A stretch of DNA of 64,000 nt, taken from Octopus bimaculoides. Taxonomy: Eukaryota. A program made the translations under genes and the position numbers. Shown here one piece after another: positions 9,897 through 24,317 of this stretch (position 1 is its first letter; each line of letters starts with the position of its first letter). The DNA is taken from the NCBI RefSeq assembly GCF_001194135.2, contig NC_068994.1, forward strand, positions 6,647,292-6,711,291, written 5' to 3'. The notes below the pieces were generated by a model. The model saw nothing but the letters and a program-made list of their open reading frames with translations, ran no database searches and was not told where the DNA came from.

Positions 9897-12800
9897 CTGC
9901 AAAAAGAGAAATAAAATAAAAGGGAACATGACAAAATGGAATAAAGAAGGATTGATTTTCAATCCATGACAACTCAATGGTCTTCAACCTGAATAATATA
10001 ATTAACATAATATAAAAATCATGGAGACAATATCTTTTACTTTAGAAATATCTGATAATGTAAAACCATCACCATCTAACAGCCACTTTTTCTATACTTG
10101 CATAGGTCAGATGGAATCCATTGAGGCAGGATGCCCTTCCTGTTGCCAACCAACTTGGACACAATCAATAGCACTTGTATGACAGTGATGCTCATGTACA
10201 CCCATGACATGATGTCAAGACACATATACGAGACAGGCTTCTTTCAGTTTCTGTGAATCTAATCGACCCAGGGCTACAGTTGAAGATACTTGGCCAAGGT
10301 GCAACTGAACGCAGGACCACATGGTCGGGAAGCAAGCTCCTCAATCACACACGGCAAATGTTAACTAACAATTGTTTCCTCCATGCCCATGGAGGTCTAA
10401 CCGTGCCACACAGTATTCCTGCCATGGCAGGAATAGGTTAAGCATAATCCCAGCAGGATTCCTTGTAAACTGGTAATGAACTAACTACACACTTAGAAAA
10501 GATACAATGTTGTGATGACGTTCATCCTGTCCTCAGAGCCATTAGCACATTGGATAATGTATTGCTAGATACATTGTGACAGAATTAAAAAGAGTGCTTG
10601 TTCGAGGCTGGAATAGCTTTGACGACAAGTCTGCATAAAGAAGAACCCCACCCGAATGGTGAGAGAGAGAGAGAGAGAGAATAATGATGTTTAGTAATGG
10701 ATCATTTACCTTTTATTGAGGTCTTGGTGTTTGAGCTGGATGTAAGCATATGGGTCTGGCTTGCCTTGTCGTTTCACATCGCCTCCTGCCTTCTGTAAAA
10801 TCAAAGCATACAACCCATATAAATAAGACCGAGAACAAATATGAATACAATACACAAATGCAAAAATCTAGGGCAACCACAACCTTAGGTTGACTAAAAG
10901 CCTCGAAGTTGTATAGACGAAATCTTTATGAAAGTCCATGGGATATGTATACAGAGAGAGAGAGAGAGAAATTGATGAGTATAGATATATATACTGGTGA
11001 CAGCTAGCTGCTACATAAGTGCATAGGACATGATATACCTTGTGATAGTCTGAGACATGCCCCTTGGCAGTGAACTCGAACAGCTGTTGCAACAGGTACA
11101 ACAGAAGCTCAATAAAGTCTGTTGTTATGGAAACAGCAAAGGTTCAATTAGATCCAGCAGCTGTTGCCATAGAAATGGAAGAGGTTCAACAAAATCCACC
11201 AGTTTTCTATGTTGCTGGAGATATCACACCTGATGATGTTTTATTGTCTAACCTGTCTATGTGTAAACCTAGATTTACACTAACTACCCCTTCTGCCATC
11301 CTCTCTGTTAATGTACCCCCCCCCCCCATATACTCCACTTCCTATAAATACCCAGTAACAACAACAACAATACAAGGCAGAAGTGAATCACGGATAACCT
11401 ACCTTTGATTTGTATTCAGATCCAAGATTTACAACCGGCTCTTGTCTTTTGCTGGCTGATGCCTTAGGCCGATGGATACCATGGCCACCAGCTGGAAACA
11501 TGCAGAAGAAAGAGAAATGTTAACCATTTATTAATAATACAAGAGAGACACACAAGAACAAACAATTTACACACATGGTCAGCACGCCGCAACCAATGAA
11601 ATAACAGCATTAAAAAGATGCACAGGAAATAACATATATTTGCCAAACCATTCAGAGCCCACAACATGGAGATCTGTAGACTGAAACTACATGCTGCAAA
11701 GAAATTGGTACTATTTTTAATGTTTATATATCACAACTGAGTAGTCTGCTTATTGGGGTAAATACAATACCATTGGTTAGGGCAGCGGACTCGCGGTCAT
11801 AGGATCGCGGTTTCGATTCCCAGACCGGGCGTTGTGAATGTTTATTGAGCGAAAACACCTAAAGCTCCACGAGGCTCTGGCAGGGGATGATGGTGAACCC
11901 TGCTGTTTAGAAGAAAGGCGGCGAGCTGGCAGAAACGTTAGCACGCCGGGCGAAATGCTTAGCGGTATTTCGCTTGCTGCTACGTTCTGAGTTCAAATTC
12001 CGCCGAGGTCGACTTTGCCTTTCATCCTCGATTAAATAAGTAACAGTTACGCACTGGGGTCGATATAATCGATTTAATCCGTTTGTCTGCCCTTGTTTGT
12101 CCCCACTGTGTGTAGCCCCTTGTGGGCAGTAAGAATCGTGGGGTAAATACAAATTATATTAAGCAATAGAAATTTATACAGGGCCAAGGGGCCACCAACT
12201 GACTAGGGTACACCAAAATTCAAGTAGCATAGTGGACAGAAGATTTTCACTTAGTATAATAAAGGATAAACGAGAGTAACCTACACCATCCTTACTATAC
12301 CCCATACACATTACTATGGCAAACACGACAACACAATAAGCAACGAGTGAACGAAATGAAGAAATCTTTACAATGTGTTCAGACTCACCAACATATTTAG
12401 ATTCACTGTGTTCTGCATCATCTGTGCTGGGACGCTTCCGTTTCCTGCTCTGATCAGACTGGGAAGAAGAATTGAAATAATCTAACATGAAATTGGGTTC
12501 GATTGAAACGTTGTTAAAGCAATTTAATCTATTCAGCGTATTTGAAAAGAATGTATATAGTGAAAGTATTAAGATAGCAAAGTCGGGAATTTCTTTGAGA
12601 GCAACAACAGATTTCTGTGTATAGTTGTGAATGGTTAAAATATAGCAAAGGAAGTGGAGAAAACCTAGTAGGTCCACAGTGGCATAGCAGAGAGTTTGTG
12701 CTGGCCAGGGCAGCCCTTGATTTTGCCCACTACCCACCCACAGCTGCAAAACTATAGCCCACCATAAAAGCGCTACCCAGGACTGGTTTTCAATCCCATC

Positions 12801-13852
12801 AACAGGTTTGTGGCTCTTGTTTGAAACCATTTAGCATTTCAAACCAGCTGTACCTGGCCCAAACAACCTACTGGTTTTATGTTCAAAGTGGCCAGATCCA
12901 GCCTCTCACACCTATTCAACAATGTCATTCTAAAAATAAACATCATTGAAATCTCAAAGCTATATGGGTTAGTTCACACTACTCTGTAAGGAGCATAGGG
13001 CCATTTTCTTGTTTTCTCTGTGTTTACATTTCCCTCCTGGATGGGACGCCAGTCCATTACAGGATTACTCATCTTTGCCAGCTGAGTGGACTGAAGCAAT
13101 GTGAAATGAAGTGCTTTGCTCAAGAACACAATGCACTGCCCAAACCTGGAATTGAAACCACAATCTTATGATCATAAGTCCAACACCCTAACCACTCAGC
13201 CATGCGTCTCCAGAATCTACAATACATATACTGCATAATTAATTCCAAAAAATTATGAATAAAAATTACATTTGAGGGAGCGATGTGAATGCTAATGGGT
13301 TAATGTTTAATATCAGAGAAGAATTTAACTAAAATGGGCTAACGAAGATACAAAAGGTGATTAAGGCAGTAAACATTCAACAAAGTTAATTAACCTACCT
13401 TCATCTTAGATGCCATAAATTTAAGTGCTTCTTCTTCACTGTCTTCATCACCGGAACCAGCATCTTTTTCATCTAGTAAATACATGAGTAGAACAAAATT
13501 GAATGATATGGATGTGTGTCTGGGTGGCTGGTATAACAGACAATTCTGACGTCTATAAAGTAGATCCTTTGTAAATGTTATGGAGAGGATGAATGAGGAG
13601 AGAGCAACACATACAACACATCATCATCGTTTAATGTCTGTCCGTGTTCCATGCATGCATGGGTAGGATAGTTGACAGGAGCTGGCCAAGTAGAAGACTA
13701 CTGTATCTGTTTTGGCAGGGTTTTTACAGCTGGATGCCCTTCCTGACACCAACCACTTTGCAGAGTGGACTCAGTGCTTCTTACATGGCACTAGCACAGG
13801 CAGAGTCAGTTTTGGCATGATTTTTACAGCTGGATGTCCTTCCAAATGCCAA

Positions 13853-13902
<50 letters not shown>

Positions 13903-16900
13903 CATACATCGTTTATATGTCTTGTATATAAAATGTTTACAAGCCAAAGACAAATGTCATGATTATATATTTAGAAATCTTAACCACTTACATTACACAC
14001 ACACATACACACAAACAGGGACACCAAATCCAAGTCCATTATAGATCACACATATCCATCGCAACTGTTATTGACTACTAATTCTGAAAACAATCAATTC
14101 CATCACAACTGTAACCTTACTCACCATTATCGTCTTCTTGATTAATGAGCAATCGGCCATCAGGGGCAAGGTCAAACTTAGAAGATGACCGACTTGTCTG
14201 TTGAGATTTCCCAGATTTGGATGGTTTGGTTGCTGTTAAAAAAAAAAAAATCAAAATAAATAAAAAAAAACTAAAACAAAAGAACATGAATATGGCCACC
14301 ACCAACTGATGCCTGAGTGCCTACTTTGTCAAATGTGCCTGTGGGTAAGTGGCTCTTATATTGGTGGGGGACATCAAGTTGCAAATGAAAGATTTATAAC
14401 AGCAATGAACTGCGGCTGTGCTGGGTACTACCTTGAGGAATTTTCAGCCAAATGAATCAACCTCAGTATTTATCAGTTTCTTTTGCTGAACCACTAAGTT
14501 ACAGCAACACAAACACATATGTGTGTGTGCATACACACACACATACTACGGGCTTCTCTTAGTTTCCACCAACCAAATTCACTCACAACGCTTTGATTGG
14601 CCAGAGACTATAGTACAAGACACTTGCCCAAGGTGCCACACAGTAAGAACGAGCCCAGAACCATGTGGTTGGGAAGCAAGCTTCTTTCTTACCACACAGT
14701 CACACCCCAAAGTAATTTCTTGTCTTTCCTTCCTCATCAGACAAGGTAGGTGATGAATGATGCTCTAGATAGCATAGAAAAAAAGTGATGCTTCAACTAA
14801 GCTCTACATGGAAAACGAGCACCGATTTTTTTTTACCATTCATACATTCGTTTGACAACAACAATACGGGAGTCCCATGGTGTATGCAAAGGTATGTGAA
14901 TATTTTACAGCTCTTTTCAATAACGAGATTATAAATATTCAGTTTTTGTGCCGACTTAAGAATGAAAATAGGTACAACCCTTAAGAAAAAGGACACTTTG
15001 TTTTTTGCCCATTTGTCACATGTGCTCTCCTGCAACCCATTCCTGTCGCTTAAGGGCTGAAGGAGTGAAAGGAAGAAAGGAGATGAAACCATAAAACCAC
15101 AACATACTGCTTATGCTTCTTGCAGCACTGACGTCCATGAAATCTGTTATGTTATCGTCAGTGTTCTCCTTCAGCCATGCTGCACCAGATGCCGCCGTCT
15201 CCTCTTTAGATTTGTCACCTTTCTTTTTCTTCTTCTTCTTCTTCTTCTTCTTGCTGCTGTTGTCGTCGTCTTCGTCATTGTCAGAGTCAAAAGCAGTCAG
15301 AATGTCATCGATGCTGAAAGAGACAAATGATAACAGACGTAACAAACAAGATGGCGGAGTCCTAGATATTTTAATACACATCGTCATATTGGTGAAGTTT
15401 TGATCCCAGCTAAGCAGTAACATTTATTCCACTGGCAGCCAGGCTTTCAAAATGAAATACTAAAACCCTTTATTTCTCTCCTCAGCAGTTGCAACTCCAT
15501 ATTTTCTATCAACCTTACTATTCAAACACCTTAACATTCATTTCACCTTTGCACAAACAGATATAACTCCACTCAGACTACAACCACATATATCATCATC
15601 GTTTAACGTCCGCTTTCCATGCTAGCATGGGTTGGACGATTTGACCGAGGACTGGTGAAACCAGATGGCTACACTAAGCTCCAATCCAATTTGGCAGAGT
15701 TTCTACAGCTGGATGCCCTTCCTAACGCCAACCAACCACTCCGGGAGTGTAGTGGGTGCTTTTACGTGTCACCCGCACGAAGGAGAGTCAGGCGGTACTG
15801 GCAACGGCCACGCTCAAAATGGTGTATTTTANNNNNNNNNNACGGCCACGCTCAAAATGGTGTATTTTATGTGCCACCCACCCGCACAAGAGCCAGTCCA
15901 GGGGCACTGGCAATGATCTCGCTCGAAAATCCTCACACACGTCAAATAGATATATATATACAGTCAATTCAAATAAACAGTTTAAATAAATGAACCCCCC
16001 CCCCCACGAATGTGAGGACATGCACAAGAAGTGAATTAGCTCGATGCTTGGTGAAAGGAGAGTTTACACACACACTCCAGTATACACTAACCCCTCGTCA
16101 CCTGGCACAAAAGTCATAAGAATGTCACTATCAAACACACCCTTGCTGCGGTCCCAATTCCACAAAACCAAACCCTGCCATGCTTACCTTTCAGCTGGAG
16201 CAGCCACCTCTTTCTCTTCTGCCTTATCATCCTCCACCTCATCACTCTGTTCTTTCTTCTTCTTGCTCTTCTTCAACTTCTGGATGTTTGTCAACACCTT
16301 CCGGATACTGTCCGATGAAAGGTCGTAGATCGCCTTGTACCTGGAACGAAATCATAAGCTGTTGTAATGATTTGAACTTACTAACCTCCAGCACTACAGA
16401 TAAATAACTCTTGTCTCAGAGCTAGAAGCTTAATAAAATGACCTTTTTTTTTGCTGTTCCATAAAATACCTTTGAGATACTTTATTCGATTGCGCTGAGT
16501 AATTTCTTAGAGCAAAAGCTTTTAGGGTCAAGTGATCTTTCTACCACAAACCATTCAACCATGTCGTTCTTTGTTCATTTAGGACAATGCTTCAAAAGGT
16601 GGGGCACAAACCCCTCCAGCAAGGTATGGGTTACTTAAATGCTAAAGGGTTAAATAAGGTAGCTCATATGGTTCATATATATCCACACATCCAAAGTTAG
16701 ATAGATTGGTAAGAACTAAGGAATTTACCCAAATCTGCGGATCAGTTTTGTATAAACCATTTTTGTCTTGAAGCGGAAGTGTTGCTTGGCTCCATCTTTC
16801 ATCACTACCAAGGTGGACATCTACAGGAAACGAGAGAGAGAAAGATTGCTATAAAAATCATGTAAATAGAAGCACAGTAGGTTGTATAAGTTGTCAAATT

Positions 16901-19900
16901 CAGCTATTGGCATGTGATGATGTTGGATTCACTCAAATAACATCCTAATTTAATACTGTGCCCTGGGTAAGCAAAACGAACAACCAAATGAATTTCAATT
17001 GTAGACAAGACACACAATTCAAAGCATCATCGGTATCATTGCTCTGTAACAACTCCTGAAGCACAACACAACCTAACAACAAACACCTTAACATCGACAT
17101 AATCACCATAGCAACAACACAAAAAAAAGGCAGTAAAATCTCTCACCAATTTTTCCAGGTAAGGACCCAGCTGTATATCAGAGAAACAGGTGAGTAACAC
17201 TTGCAGATAGCTAAGTGTTGCCTTCACAATCTCGTGTGTCCTTGACATTAGCAGTACACAGCAATGCTCCACAAAGTTTTCTATGAGGTCTGGAGTCACA
17301 TCATCTGAAATGGTAATATTTACAGGTGTAAGTGTGCAATGTAAACTGACTGTGCATGTGTGTGTATGTGAAAGCAAGTGAACATGAGTATATATGAAAA
17401 CAAATACATGCTTGTATAAACCTTAGAGGGCACTTGTATACACACACACACTCACTCAATCACAGGGCTGGATTAATAATAATCTTTTCTACTAGAGGCA
17501 CAAGGCCTGAAAGTTTAGGGGAGGGGTAAGTTGATTACATTGACCCCAGGACTTAATAGGTACTTACTTTATTGACCCTGAACGGATGAAAGGTTTAAGT
17601 TGACCTCGACAGAATTTGACTCCCAGAACAAGGATGGACAAAATTCTGCAAAGCATTTTCCCTGGTGTGTTAACAATTCTGCCAGCTCACTGCTTTTGGA
17701 TTAATAATAATAATAATAATCACAATCACCATCATCCTAGATTTAACATCTACTTATGCATGTTTGCATGGATCAGATGGAATTTGCTGAGGCAGATTTC
17801 ATAAATATGCACAAATATTTTTGTGTACAAGGAACTAAATCCACACACACATATGTAATAAGTTGACAGAGAAGTTTGCCAGTGTGGTACTGGAGACAGG
17901 CAGTCAAAACCTACAGAAGGATGATATGGTTGCAGTGATGTGCATAGGGTTACACGTGGTGTCACATGGATGACCCGTCTTCTTACCACTGGAACATTCC
18001 AAACAGTCTTCACAACAGGAAGGAAATAGCACAACTGATGGCCTTCAGACAGCAGAAATTATCATACAGCTATGATAGAAACATTTATATCATGGCTATC
18101 ATATTTTTACTCTGGACTACATTCTCCAATCCAAGTCTTTCAAGATAGTTAAGTGTGGTGTGAAGGAAATCATGGTGGTCATCATCATCATCATCATCGT
18201 CATTTAATGACCACTTCTCCATGCTTGCATGGGTTGGATGAAAATTGCTGAACCAAATTTTCTACACCTGGATATCCTTGTCAGCAGCCCTCACCTGTTT
18301 TCCCATCAGGTGATATTTCCACATGACCAAACAAACATGTTTTGTTGGAAGACTGGAAATAAATGACACTAGTTGCATGACAGAGGCACTCACTCATGAA
18401 CCATCATGTGACATAACGACAAGAAGACAATAATACACATAGACACATGATGGGTTTCTTAGAGTTTTTGACTCCCAAACCCACTCAGAAACGACTGCTA
18501 TTTCTAGCAGGGCTGTCTTCAGGCTAAACAATAACAACAAGAACATACTGTTTTATTTCTCCCTCTTGTCTCCTTGTACTTACCTTTGAATTCAAACATT
18601 ACACAGGATAAGGACTGCAGGGAGGCACAAATAAAAACTGGGGTTCCACCAAGGCCAGCAAATAATAGATGGAAATACTGTGTCAGGATGGCTGAAGATA
18701 GAGATTAAAAGTTTTAAATTACCAAAGACATACCAAGACAAATCAGAGTCTAAATGTATATATTTAATGAAGAGAGACCCAATTAATGCTGGAGATGGTT
18801 ACAATAAAAGTACAGTAGCTATTGACAATGTTAAGCTGGTCATGATTAGAATGCCCTCGATCACAGCTAATTTGGAGTTAAACAACAGTACAGGATTACA
18901 TATGCAGGGTGTGATGGGTAAATTGTTGCCATTTTATATTTTTAATTTCATGCATGTGCCAGTCATGTTTGTCAGAAAATTTCTGCAACTTCCTTGATTA
19001 TTGTGTGTGGGCGCAGTTGAGTGAGAGACCAACAAAACTCCTCGTAACACCAAAGATGAACTGAAGGCAAAGATTATGGCAGCATTGACCAACTTAAAGA
19101 AGGTGACCATCCAGAAGAGTTGCAGGAGATTCTGAAGTCGTCTGGAGGCCGTGGTTGAAGCCAATGGCGATTTTATTGAATAAATTTACTCTTTTAGTAT
19201 TTCAAGATATTTTTATGTAATTTTGGTAAATATATCTGTTAAAATGAGATGTCAGTGCTATTTTCATTTAGATATATAAATCATCACACAATAGTACTAA
19301 CGGTACAAANNNNNNNNNNNNNNNNNNNNNNNNNNNNNNNNNNNNNNNNNNNNNNNNNNNNNNNNNNNNNNNNNNNNNNNNNNNNNNNNNNNNNNNNNNN
19401 NNNNNNNNNNNNNNNNNNNNNNNNNNNNNNNNNNNNNNNNNNNNNNNNNNNNNNNNNNNNNNNNNNNNNNNNNNNNNNNNNNNNNNNNNNNNNNNNNNNN
19501 NNNNNNNNNNNNNNNNNNNNNNNNNNNNNNNNNACAACGGTAGAGAAGAATCAGAGAGCTGTTAACCCTTTAGCACCCAGATTACTCTGTCAAATGTAAT
19601 GCTTATTTATTTACATTATTTTGAATTAATCATGCATTGTCTTGTAGCTTTGAGATTTTGATGAGGTAACTTAATATTTAAAAAAATGATATTGTAGGGT
19701 AGGTGTAAGAGGCCAGATGTGGTCAGTTTGAGCATAAAACATGTAGAACATTTGGGCCTTATATGGAAGGCTTAAAAGGGCTGGACATGCAACACTGGCA
19801 TCGGCCATGGCTGTGATCTCACTTTAGTTGCCGGGTCTTCTCAATCACAGCATATCTACAAAGGTCTTGGTTTCCTGTCTATACTTAGATAAATACAGCT

Positions 19901-20649
19901 GTTTATTAAGAGCTATCTAATACTACACATATATAACATTGGCATAGTACATGTAGAGGCCTAAAATATAGTCTTCCCACAACAGCCTACTTTATATGTG
20001 TGTGTGTGTGTGTGTATTTATTTTACATTCAATTTGGTGAATATCAATGGACCAAACAGAGGTCCTTTGAATTTTCGATGCCAAGTAATAAGGGATTATC
20101 TGTGAAATATGGGCGGAATAAATATCACAGAGGACATTTTTATTTGAATTTTTTTTTTTTTTTTTGCCTTATATACCTACACACACAGATGCTATCTATC
20201 TATATAGTATTTACTCACCAAGACACAAAGCTCTAGATATACAAAGACAAGTGTTTTTTCTTACCTCAGGGATGATTGATTGAATAAAATCCATCTCACA
20301 TTTCTCCAACTTTTTCACCACATGGAGCAGACATCGCAAACGTGGCTGACGAAATAAAACGTGAAAATATGATATAATTGCACACGCACATTAATGTGCA
20401 TGTCTGTATACATGCATGCTTCTATGAAGTATATATATATATATATATATGAATAATAACAATAAATGGAGCAAAACGCATATTCATATCTACTCAAAAT
20501 GCATCACTTTAACTTGGTATCTCTACCTATAAAACAGGTGCGATATCCTGTTTTTTTTTGTGTGACTTTTGCTACCCATGGTAACTATTAACATATTTAC
20601 ATTGTCAAGGTTTTTTAAACTGAGATAATATTAATATATACATAAACTA

Positions 20650-20691
<42 letters not shown>

Positions 20692-23600
20692 TTGTTTATG
20701 TGTGTGTAATGTAATTAATATATTAAAACACACCAAAGTTCTAGTTGGTTTACAAAACCTGTCTAAATCCAGTGTTATTTTAAAATTTAATTGAAATGCT
20801 CAGCACACAAAGAAGGTGTGTCGTTGTTAAAAGATATAACAGAAAAATCAAGAAGCTGATGATTCTAACAAGACAGGAAATGAAGCCAAATGAGAAACAC
20901 TTACTCCTTTTGAGGATAAAGCTGAGGTGGAGAGAGAAATGACCAGCAATTCCTTGATGGGGGTCAATTCTTGATTCACAAACTGCACGGAAGCTTCAGA
21001 AGAGTTTCCAAAGATCTCCTCTAAGAGACGATAGCATTTCTTCTGGAGGCTATGATAGGAGGACTGAAAAAAAATGAAATACACACACACAATGAATATA
21101 ACATATACACACAGACACAATGATTACAATACACACACACATACAAATATATAAACACATGCACTATGTTTATAATATACATACACATGCACACAATGTT
21201 TGTTATATATATATATATACACACTCACAATGATAATTAATATATACACATACAGTATGATAATACATACAATGCTTATTATATATACACACTATCATTA
21301 TAATGTATACACTCATTAAGATATGTCATCATAATCATCGTCGTTTAACGTCCGCTTTCCATGCTGGCATGGGTTGGACGGTTTGACTGATGACTGGCGA
21401 GCCAGAAAGTTGCACTAGGCTCCAGTTTGATCTGGCAAAGTTTCTACAGCTGGATGCTCTTCCTAACACCAACCATTCCAAGGTGCTTTTACGTGCCAGT
21501 CAGGCAGTTCTGGCAACGACCATGCTCAAAAAGGTGATTTTTATGCGCTACCTGCATGGGAGCCAGTCTGGAGGCACTGGCAACAACCACGCTTGAAGCC
21601 ACCAGCACATATGCCAGTAAGGCGATGCTGGTAATGATCACGCTCGAATGGTATCAGGTACATTGAATGAATCTGGTTAAAAAAAAAAAAAAAAACATAA
21701 AAGGCTGATCCAAACTGTAACACCTTGATCATAGTTGTGCCTGATCAAAGCTGACCCGGGCCTAAATAGCAACAACTGTAACAAATCTGCTCACCTTTAA
21801 GTTTGATGATGCCAACTGGAAGAGAGATTTCACTTGCTCAGCGTTTGCTGATGATATCATTAAGATGCAGAGGTCAAGCAGAATACACCTGAAGAGACAA
21901 AAAAAAAAAAAAAAAAAAAAAATGAAGTCTCAAATAGGTTAACACTTTCAAAAGTAATGAAGGAATCATTATCATTATTTCTTTAATTAAAAAAGCATGG
22001 TTACATATATTTTATTTTTTATGTTTGAGATGGACTTGACTAGTTTGTGTTTTACATTCATTTTTCAATGGTAGCATGGGTTAGATCAGTGGTTCTCAAT
22101 CATTTCTTTATGCATGGACTCCTTTGGTTACTATTCAGTGCTGGTGGACCCCACCCACCATAGCTATTCATTGTTTAAAAAACTAGTCATAGATACTTCT
22201 ATGGAAATTCCCATTTAGTTCTCCACCCATTCATTTGCATACACTAGCAAGAAGCACGTCGAACTATGTTAAGCATTAGAGAAAGAGAGAGACCTAGCTG
22301 TTTCTTGCAATAAAACCCAGTTTTTGAAATCAAAGAGCTACCAGGCAATTGGTTGACGAGGGGAATATAAACCAACAAACTGCTCATAGCTCAGAGATTT
22401 TTCATGCCAGTACAGAATGAAAACATTCATGCAAACATATATACACACACACACACACACAGAGGACAAGATTTTTTTTTCCAGTTTATGTGAAATTGAA
22501 GGAGAAAATAAAGCTACCTCTGGACATCATTTTTTTCTTCAATCTGTGACAGAGAGGTGTTGATATATTGTTGAAGAAGCTGTAATGGAAAATGGCAAAT
22601 GATAAATAAACAAATTAAACTAAGTATTTTTGAAAAAAACAAAACAAAAAAAAAGCTGCAGAAACTCATGATGATGATGGTGAATCCACATCAATGTTTT
22701 TAAGGGTCAGGTGGAATTTTTTGAGGCAGATTTTCTACAGCTGGATGCTCATCTTGTTGCCAACCCTCACCAGTTTCCAAGCAAGGTAATAATAATTCAT
22801 TATGGCCAGACATGTTATTCACAGCAGACTGGAAAAGAATGACATTGCTTGTTTGAGGGCGATGGTCATTTACAACCATTACAGGATGTCAGGATAAGGA
22901 AACTGAAAGAAGCCCGTTGTATATATGTATATATATATATATGCATGTGTGTGTATATGTTTGTATGTCTGTATTTGTCCCCCAACATCACTTGACAACC
23001 GATGCTGGTGTGTTTACGTCCCCGTAACTTAACGGTTTGGCAAAAAGAGACCGATAGAATAAGTACTAGGCTTACAAAGAATAAGTCCTGGGGTCGATTA
23101 GATCGACTAAAGGCGGTGCTCCAGCATGGCCACAGCCAAATGACTGAAACAAGTAAATGAGAATAAATGAGTGTATGTATGTGTGTGTGTGTGTACCCTT
23201 TTCTTGAGATTATGTGATGGTTGTAAATGAACATCCCCATCATACAAGACGATGTTGCTCGTTTCTAGTCTTTTGTGAAAACATGGGGTGGAAAGGTTAT
23301 CTTGCTTGAGAACAGGTGTAGGTTGGTGACGGGAAGAGCATCAAGATGTTGCAAATCTGTTTCGACAAATTGTGTCTGACTCTCCGACCTACGTGGACAT
23401 GTGAAAGTGGATGTTAAATGATGACAAAGCGAAATCTGCTTCGTAACAACAAACCCCATTAAAAGATCCAAACCTACCTGAGTTGGGGCAATCCGAATGT
23501 AGGCCCTTGCTGTCTCGTAGATGGTCAAACGTAATGGGTCTTTGCAATCGTCGGCAGAGAACTGGGTGTAGAGATTAAACAAGATGGGGAGGAAGTTCTT

Positions 23601-24272
23601 GGCAAAGTGAGCCAGTTCATTAAGGTCTTCATCTGGAACCAAGAATACATTGAATATAAATTATGTAAATTAACAGAGAGAGAGAGAAAGAGAAAACTAA
23701 ATGCAGGGATGGAAGTGTGGTAAAGAACCTTGCTTTGCAACCACATGGTCTCAGGTTCAGTCCCACTGTGTGGCACCTTGGGCATCTTCATCTAAAGCCA
23801 ATGTTTTGTGAGTGAATTTGTTAGCCGGAAACTGTGGGTGATTCTATTTGTCCCCCACTCCCCATTTGACAACTGGTGTTGGTTTGTTCATGCCCCTGTA
23901 ATTTAGCAGTTCGGCGACAGTCTGACAGAATAAGCACCCGAGTTAATCAGTGGGGTTGATTTGTTTGATGAAACCCAGTCAATGTGGCAACCCCAGCATG
24001 GCCACAGTCCAATGATTGAAACAATATAAAATATAAAAGACAACATCTCACCGTGCTCAAGGTTGGTATAGATCAGTTTACGCAAGGAAGAGAGTATAGG
24101 TGTCCGCAGTTGAGGCCTATCGCTCACAACACTGCCAAGAGAACGAGCAATACTTCTAAAGGACTGAAACAACAGAAAAAAAATTGATGGCTGTAAATGG
24201 AGGGACACGTAACAGAACATTCTAGTTACCGACAACCAAAATAACTAAACACAAAAAGATGTATGTATGTGA

Positions 24273-24317
<45 letters not shown>

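Noticed and set aside
12174-12830. 218-aa minus ORF as a standalone gene
   Set aside because: Only 12389-12458 is RRP12 exon 31; the flanks are intronic with no recognisable protein features.
15756-15925. Apparent tandem duplication around the 10-N gap
   Set aside because: Family C has internal duplicated modules (also at 3688-3830), and the gap suggests an overlapping contig join.
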